Shown here piece after piece: positions 16,965 through 22,127 of a DNA stretch of 22,127 bases; position 1 is the stretch's first letter, and every line of letters starts with the position of its first letter. Both the position numbers and the translations under genes were made by a program. The notes below the pieces were generated by a model. It saw only the letters and a list, made by a program, of their open reading frames with translations. It made no database searches and was not told the DNA's origin. This DNA is from Gemmatimonadota bacterium. Lineage in GTDB: Bacteria; Gemmatimonadota; Gemmatimonadetes; Gemmatimonadales; GWC2-71-9. Location of the stretch: contig JAZDCY010000079.1 of the NCBI GenBank assembly GCA_036679645.1, positions 1 through 22,127 on the forward strand, read 5' to 3'.

Positions 16965-18846
16965 TTCCCCATTCAGCAGCGGCGCGACGTTCACGTTGAC
17001 GATCTGATTGCTGAAGTCGCCGAGCGTGAACACGATGGTGCGGCCATCCGGGGTCCACCTTCCCCCATACTCCGAAACCGACGGTGTCTCCGTCAGCATC
17101 CGGACGGGCCCGCCGTCCGCCGAGACCCGTGAGCTGTCGCTGGTTCCCGCCGTCCGCATCCATCACGAAGATGTCGAAGTTCCCACCACCTGAAGTCCCG
17201 ACGCCCTGGTACGCGATACGCGTTCCGTCGGGCGACCACTGTCCACTCCCGGACGCCATCCCCGCCTGGTGCGTCAGGCGGCGCCGCGCCCCGCCATCCG
17301 GCTGCACCACGTAGAGGTCGAACTCTATGCCCTCTTCACCCCTCCCATCTACGTACAGAACGGACTCTCCGTCCGGACTCCATTGCGGAGTGGTTGCACT
17401 GCCGTTGTGGGTGAGCCGGGTCGCGGTGCCGCCGCCGCTGGGGATGACGTAGATGTCCCGCGGTCCGTCCCGGTCCGACTGGAACGCGATCTGGGAGCCA
17501 TCGGGCGACCACTGCGCGTTGAAATCAGAGGCCGGGTGCGACGTGACATTCGTTGGTTCGCCGCCCTCGATCGGGATCGTGAAGATGTCGGGCCGGCCGT
17601 TCTCGGTAGAACCAAACGCGATCATACTCCCGTCCGGCGACCAGCGCGGCGCACCGTCGTCCACCGGCCGGTGAGTGAGTTGGCGTGGCTCTCCCCCGCC
17701 GATGGAGACGACAAAGATGTCGTCGTTCCCGGCCCCCTCGTCGCCGAACACAACCCACCGGCCGTCGGGGGAGACCCGGGCGCCGCCCTGATCGCTGCTC
17801 CCGAAGGTGAGTTGCGTCTGCTCACCCGTGGCGACGTCGATCTTCCACAGCAACGTGACCGTCTCGGAGTTGACGAACGTGAGGCCCTGTCCGTCGCGCG
17901 TCCACACAAGCCCGCCTTCCTCCGCGGGCGTGTCGGTGACGCGGATCGACTCCCCCCCGGCGGCCGGCACGATCCAGATATCGTCTTGCCCGCCGCGCTC
18001 CGACTGGTAGGCGATCCATTGCCCGTCAGGCGAGTACGTGGGATTCCAGTCGGACTTGATGTCGCGGGTGATCTGACGCGGTTCCCCGCCGCCCACAGGG
18101 ACGGTCCAGATGTCCGACAGACCGGTGCGGCGCGAGGTGTACGCGATCTCGGAGCCATCGGGCGACCATTCCTCAAACGACTCGTGACCCTCGCCGACCA
18201 GCTCGCGCGCCTCGCCGCCATCGAGGGCCTGGACCGACAGGATTCGCCGTCCCTCTTTGACCTGGAAATAGGCAAGCTGCGTCCCGTCGGGCGACCAGAA
18301 CCCTACCTCGACATCCGGCGTGGCCAGCTGCGTTCTGACCTGGCCGCCATCAGCATTCATCATCATGATGTCGGGTTGGCCGGAGCCGATTTCGACATAC
18401 ATGATGCGCGATCCGTCAGGCGACCATTGCGGAAGGACCGCCACACCGACGCCTTCTTGGGTCAGCAACACCTCATCCCCACCGGCCGCCGGGACCTTGG
18501 CGATGAACGGCGGCCCTCCCAGGTCTTTCGTGAAGGCAATCCACTCCCCGTCAGGCGACCAATCGATGTTGCCTACGTCGTCCACACTCGCCGATACCTG
18601 CGTGGCCCCACTCCCGTCGGTGCTGGTCACCCATACCGCTTCCGACGAACCGGGCCCGCGTCCGTACGCCAATCGCGTCCCGTCAGGTGAGTACTGCGGG
18701 TTCCAGTACTGGTCGGCCTCTGGTGTCAGAACGGTCCATTCCAACTCGTCGCCGTCGTCACCACCGCAAGCGACCATGACGGCGGCCGCCATGAGGATCG
18801 GAGCCAATCTCTTAGGCGAAACGGAGCCGCGACTCGTCGTCGTCAT
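16953..18846 (-). CDS. TolB-like PD40-repeat double beta-propeller lipoprotein with an out-of-frame deletion near the C-terminus (possible pseudogene)
   Basis: Lipobox-like VMVAC; 12 W/YSPDG-type repeats in the main frame; a further repeat (WTPDGRTIVF) lies in another frame after the junction at ~17127. Confidence 0.85.
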
Positions 18847-18850
18847 AAAA

Positions 18851-20251
18851 TCAATCCTTTTGTGTCAAAAGGGCGTTCAACGCCTGTCCCAACTCTTCGG
18901 CGATGACCTGAACCACCTCGTTCTGCACCGCCAGCACGTCGTCGACGTCCCGCTCGTACGTCTGGGTCCACAAATGTCGCAACGTGCCCGGGTCGACCAT
19001 CTGCACGTTGATACGCATGCGGTCGCCGTCCCGAAACACCGTCCCCTCCACGAGCGCCTGCACGCCCAGCTCGCGGGCAATATCCCCTGTCTTTTCGGTG
19101 GTCCCGCGATACCGCATCACGGCCGAGCGAGACACCACACCGACCACGTTGGCCTGTGCCAGCGCCGTGATCAGCGCATCGTGCATGGCGTCCACGAAAA
19201 CCTCATCGCTGCCCGATAGATCCTGAATTGGGAGTACCGCGATCTGCTCGATGGCGCCTCCGCCACCGGCACCACGCAGCAGCATCGTTCCGGCTCCCGC
19301 CAGCACGATGACGGCGGCCGCCGCCGAGCCGATGAACATGCGGCGTGAGTGCCTTCTCGCGATAGGTGTCGCCCTGATGGGCCGCGTGTCCGTCGGCGTC
19401 ATGCCACCGCTCGGCGTCGCACCGGTCTCCAGCATCGGCAGCATCTCTTCCGCCGTCTGCCAGCGGTCGGCCCTGTCCTTCTCGAGACAGCGCATGATCA
19501 GCTCGCCCAGCGCGGGCGACACGTGCGAACGCTTCTGGGTGATGTCTTCCGGCTGCTCCATGACATGCGCCGAGAGAATCGCCTGGGCGGTCTTCTTGTC
19601 GAACGGCGGCTCGCCGGTGAGCATCTCGTACGCGAGCGCTCCCACCGCATAGATGTCCGACCGGTGATCGATGTCCGCTTCGCCCATCGCCTGTTCGGGC
19701 GACATGTAGGAAGGCGTGCCGAGTGCGACACCGACGGTGGTGAGCTTTTCCCCACCCGCGGCGCTCACAGCCTTGGCGACGCCGAAGTCGGTCACCATTG
19801 CGTGGCGCCCACTCAGCATCACGTTGTCGGGCTTGATGTCGCGGTGCACGATGTTCCGCTCGTGCGCGTACGCGAGCGCGTCCACCACCTCCCGCAGAAT
19901 CCGCACGGCCTCACCGATGGGAAGCCGCCCCTCGCGCCGCAGCTTGTCACGCAGCGACTCACCCTCGACGAAGGGCATCACGTAGTAGAGAAACCCGCCT
20001 ACCTCGCCTGAATCGTGCAGCGGGAGGATGTGCGGATGCGACATCTGGGCGATGATGTGGATCTCGCGCGGGAACCGGTCGCCACCCAATGCGGCTGCCA
20101 GTTCCGGGCGCAGCACCTTCAGCGCGACCTGGCGATCGTGCTTGAGGTCCCGGGCGAGATAGACTGTCGCCATCCCGCCCTGACCGACCTCCCGGTCGAT
20201 CTCGTAGGACCCTGAGAATGCCTCGCGGACCCGATCGATGGTTTCCGACAC
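18851..20251 (-). CDS. Hanks-type Ser/Thr protein kinase with TM helix and C-terminal TolB-N-like domain
   Basis: GQGGMATVY, VALK, HRDIKPDN, DFG, GTPSYMSPE; TM FIGSAAAAVIVLAGAG; IAVLPIQDLS...LVEGTV...INVQMVD...LWTQTYER; start set at GTG 20251. Confidence 0.95.
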   Translation of the reverse strand: MSETIDRVREAFSGSYEIDREVGQGGMATVYLARDLKHDRQVALKVLRPELAAALGGDRFPREIHIIAQMSHPHILPLHDSGEVGGFLYYVMPFVEGESLRDKLRREGRLPIGEAVRILREVVDALAYAHERNIVHRDIKPDNVMLSGRHAMVTDFGVAKAVSAAGGEKLTTVGVALGTPSYMSPEQAMGEADIDHRSDIYAVGALAYEMLTGEPPFDKKTAQAILSAHVMEQPEDITQKRSHVSPALGELIMRCLEKDRADRWQTAEEMLPMLETGATPSGGMTPTDTRPIRATPIARRHSRRMFIGSAAAAVIVLAGAGTMLLRGAGGGGAIEQIAVLPIQDLSGSDEVFVDAMHDALITALAQANVVGVVSRSAVMRYRGTTEKTGDIARELGVQALVEGTVFRDGDRMRINVQMVDPGTLRHLWTQTYERDVDDVLAVQNEVVQVIAEELGQALNALLTQKD

Positions 20252-20311
20252 GGGCGTGAAGTTATCACCCCACCACCCCAAACGCGAGTGATCTAGTCGG
20301 AGATAATTCTC

Positions 20312-21100
20312 CTAGCGAATGGGCTCTTCGGTACCCGCAGGGGAGAGCGCCTCGGGCGCCCTGTCGAACTCGGCGTCTCCGGTTTGCGCACGCATCCCCT
20401 CGATGATCCCGCGCACGCGCTCCATCAACGCATGACGGTCCTCGTAGTCCATTCCCGCTGTGTCGATCGGGTCGGCAAACATGATGGTGATGGGCCGCGG
20501 CCTGAGCAGTAGCGACCCCTTGGGCAAGATGCCGAACGTCCCGGCACAATAGCACGGAACCACCGGCACCTGGGCCGCTATAGCGAGTACGAACGGTCCC
20601 TTCTTGAACGGCAACAGGCGCCCGGTACGCGACCGTGTTCCCTCCGCGAAAACGACGGTGCTGAGCCCGTCCCGGATCCACCCGGCGACATCCTCGTACG
20701 ACTCGATCGCCTTGGCGCGGTTCTGCCGATCGATGTAGATGTGACCCGCCGCTTTCATTGCCCGGCCCAGCAGCGGAATCTTCTGCATCTCCTTCTTGGC
20801 GACGAAGCGGAGCGTGCCGGGAATGGTTCCCGCAAGGGCGATGATGTCGAACCACGACTGGTGGTTCGAGATGTACACGACCGGGCGATCCTGGGGCACA
20901 CGCTCGAAGCCCACGTGCGTGACCGGGGTGCCCGCTGCCCTGAGTTGCGACTTGGACCAGTTCCGCGCCGCGCGATCGTAGATACCACCCGTGCGATGTC
21001 TGGTACCGAACAGCGCCGCGATCACGACGGCACTCGCCCAGTAGGCCGTGGAGAAAGGGACGGTGATGTAGAAGGCGATCGAACGGAGAAGTGACGTCAT
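20312..21100 (-). CDS. plsC: 1-acyl-sn-glycerol-3-phosphate acyltransferase (lysophospholipid acyltransferase family)
   Basis: NHQSWFD, FVAKKE, YIDR, FAEGTRS, PFKKG. Confidence 0.9.
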   Translation of the reverse strand: MTSLLRSIAFYITVPFSTAYWASAVVIAALFGTRHRTGGIYDRAARNWSKSQLRAAGTPVTHVGFERVPQDRPVVYISNHQSWFDIIALAGTIPGTLRFVAKKEMQKIPLLGRAMKAAGHIYIDRQNRAKAIESYEDVAGWIRDGLSTVVFAEGTRSRTGRLLPFKKGPFVLAIAAQVPVVPCYCAGTFGILPKGSLLLRPRPITIMFADPIDTAGMDYEDRHALMERVRGIIEGMRAQTGDAEFDRAPEALSPAGTEEPIR

Positions 21101-22051
21101 TCAGAAATGCGAAAACCCGTGCGGAGTTTCGACGATCTTCCCCTCTCGCTCGAGACGAACTCCGCTTCCCTGTTCCACTCTACCGATCCTCGTGAGGCCA
21201 AGCTCGAACTCCTCTTCAAAGACGCGCGTCCCTTCATCTTCAATAACTCCATTGGGAATCGCGACCAACAGCTCGTACTCTTCCCCGCTCGCGACTCCCG
21301 TCTGCCATGCAACACCGTCGATCAACGGTACTCGATCGACATCGATCGCGCAGCACACGCAGGATGCGGCGGCAATGTGCCCGGCGTCGCCGGCAAGTCC
21401 GTCGCTGATGTCGATCATCGCCGTGGCGCCGCGGTCGCGCAGCCACCGCGCTTCCCGTACACGCGGGACGGGATGAGCGAACCGATCGCGGTATGACGCA
21501 CCGGGCTCTTCTCCACGCTGCCACGCCTCGACGGCCGCCCGCGGGCCGCCGAGTTGGCCCGTCACGAAGAGTTCGTCTCCGGCGGAGGCATCAGAGCGGC
21601 GCACCGGTCGTTGCACACGCCCAACGCAAACGACGTCGAGCACGACTGAATCGCTCCGCACCAGATCCCCACCCCACACGACGGCCCCAACGCTCGCCGC
21701 CGCATCGGCAAGACCGGCCGAGATCTCCTGGAGGAACGCATCCGCATCGGCCGACGGGACACCGATACTCACGATGATGCCCGCCGGGTCCGCGGCGACT
21801 GCAGCGAGATCTGACAGCGCGCCGGCGCATGCACGCCAGCCAATCTCGACCGGTTCGAGCCACTCCCTCCGGAAATGTCGATCCTCGATTGCCATATCGG
21901 ACGTGAGCGCCACTTGCTCGCTTCCGAGCATCACGATTGCCGCATCATCACCGAGCCCGGCGCCGCGCTCGCCAATACGGCGCCAGATGGCGCGTAGACG
22001 GTCGGACTCCGCACCCGGCCCGAGCGGCGTGAACTTCTCGTGCGCATTCAT
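21101..22051 (-). CDS. thiL: Thiamine-monophosphate kinase
   Basis: GLGDDAA, LSDLAA, GGDL, AMIDISDGLAGD, GEEYELL, GFSHF. Confidence 0.95.
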   Translation of the reverse strand: MNAHEKFTPLGPGAESDRLRAIWRRIGERGAGLGDDAAIVMLGSEQVALTSDMAIEDRHFRREWLEPVEIGWRACAGALSDLAAVAADPAGIIVSIGVPSADADAFLQEISAGLADAAASVGAVVWGGDLVRSDSVVLDVVCVGRVQRPVRRSDASAGDELFVTGQLGGPRAAVEAWQRGEEPGASYRDRFAHPVPRVREARWLRDRGATAMIDISDGLAGDAGHIAAASCVCCAIDVDRVPLIDGVAWQTGVASGEEYELLVAIPNGVIEDEGTRVFEEEFELGLTRIGRVEQGSGVRLEREGKIVETPHGFSHF

Positions 22052-22127
22052 GGGATGAGCGCGTGGCGCGCAAACCGCGCGACGCCGGCCTCTGTAGCCA
22101 CCCAGAGGTACGGTCCGCTGACCGCGA
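22048..22127 (-). CDS. C-terminal end of an upstream gene, beta-propeller-like (partial)
   Basis: Reads AVSGPYLWVATEAGVARFARHALIP*, with the stop overlapping the thiL ATG (ATGA); LWVAT..GV..F resembles a propeller blade. Confidence 0.55.
   Translation of the reverse strand, partial: AVSGPYLWVATEAGVARFARHALIP

Noticed and set aside
17269..18690. 473-aa plus-strand ORF and other long antisense ORFs (e.g. 8945-9733, 12155-12901, 4305-5078)
   Set aside because: Shadow frames of well-supported genes in GC-rich DNA; no recognisable motifs

Overview
GC-rich bacterial chromosomal segment; the gene repertoire (CBM9/DUF5916 protein, Hanks kinase with TolB-N-like domain, PD40 propeller, PEP-CTERM protein) suggests Gemmatimonadota (inference). 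The right half is a minus-strand housekeeping run: thiL, plsC-like acyltransferase, Ser/Thr kinase, TolB-like propeller lipoprotein (internally deleted), eno, ftsB-like, scramblase-like and tRNA-Met(CAT). Directly downstream of the tRNA is a ~1.39-kb integrase-less islet bounded by a 21-bp duplication of the tRNA 3' end. It carries a frameshifted Abi-like HEPN gene with a structured, possibly pseudoknotted 5' RNA and hairpin motifs at both ends. The left half holds envelope and hypothetical genes, two repeat arrays, a thioester-domain-like PEP-CTERM protein with a sigma54-like promoter, and a DUF1684-TlpA-DUF411 cluster. The DUF411 gene has an in-frame TGA at the conserved first Cys (YKTPT-TGA-GCC) followed by a bacterial SECIS-like hairpin, making it a candidate exported selenoprotein that the ORF track missed. 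All family calls are by motif recognition; no searches were run.
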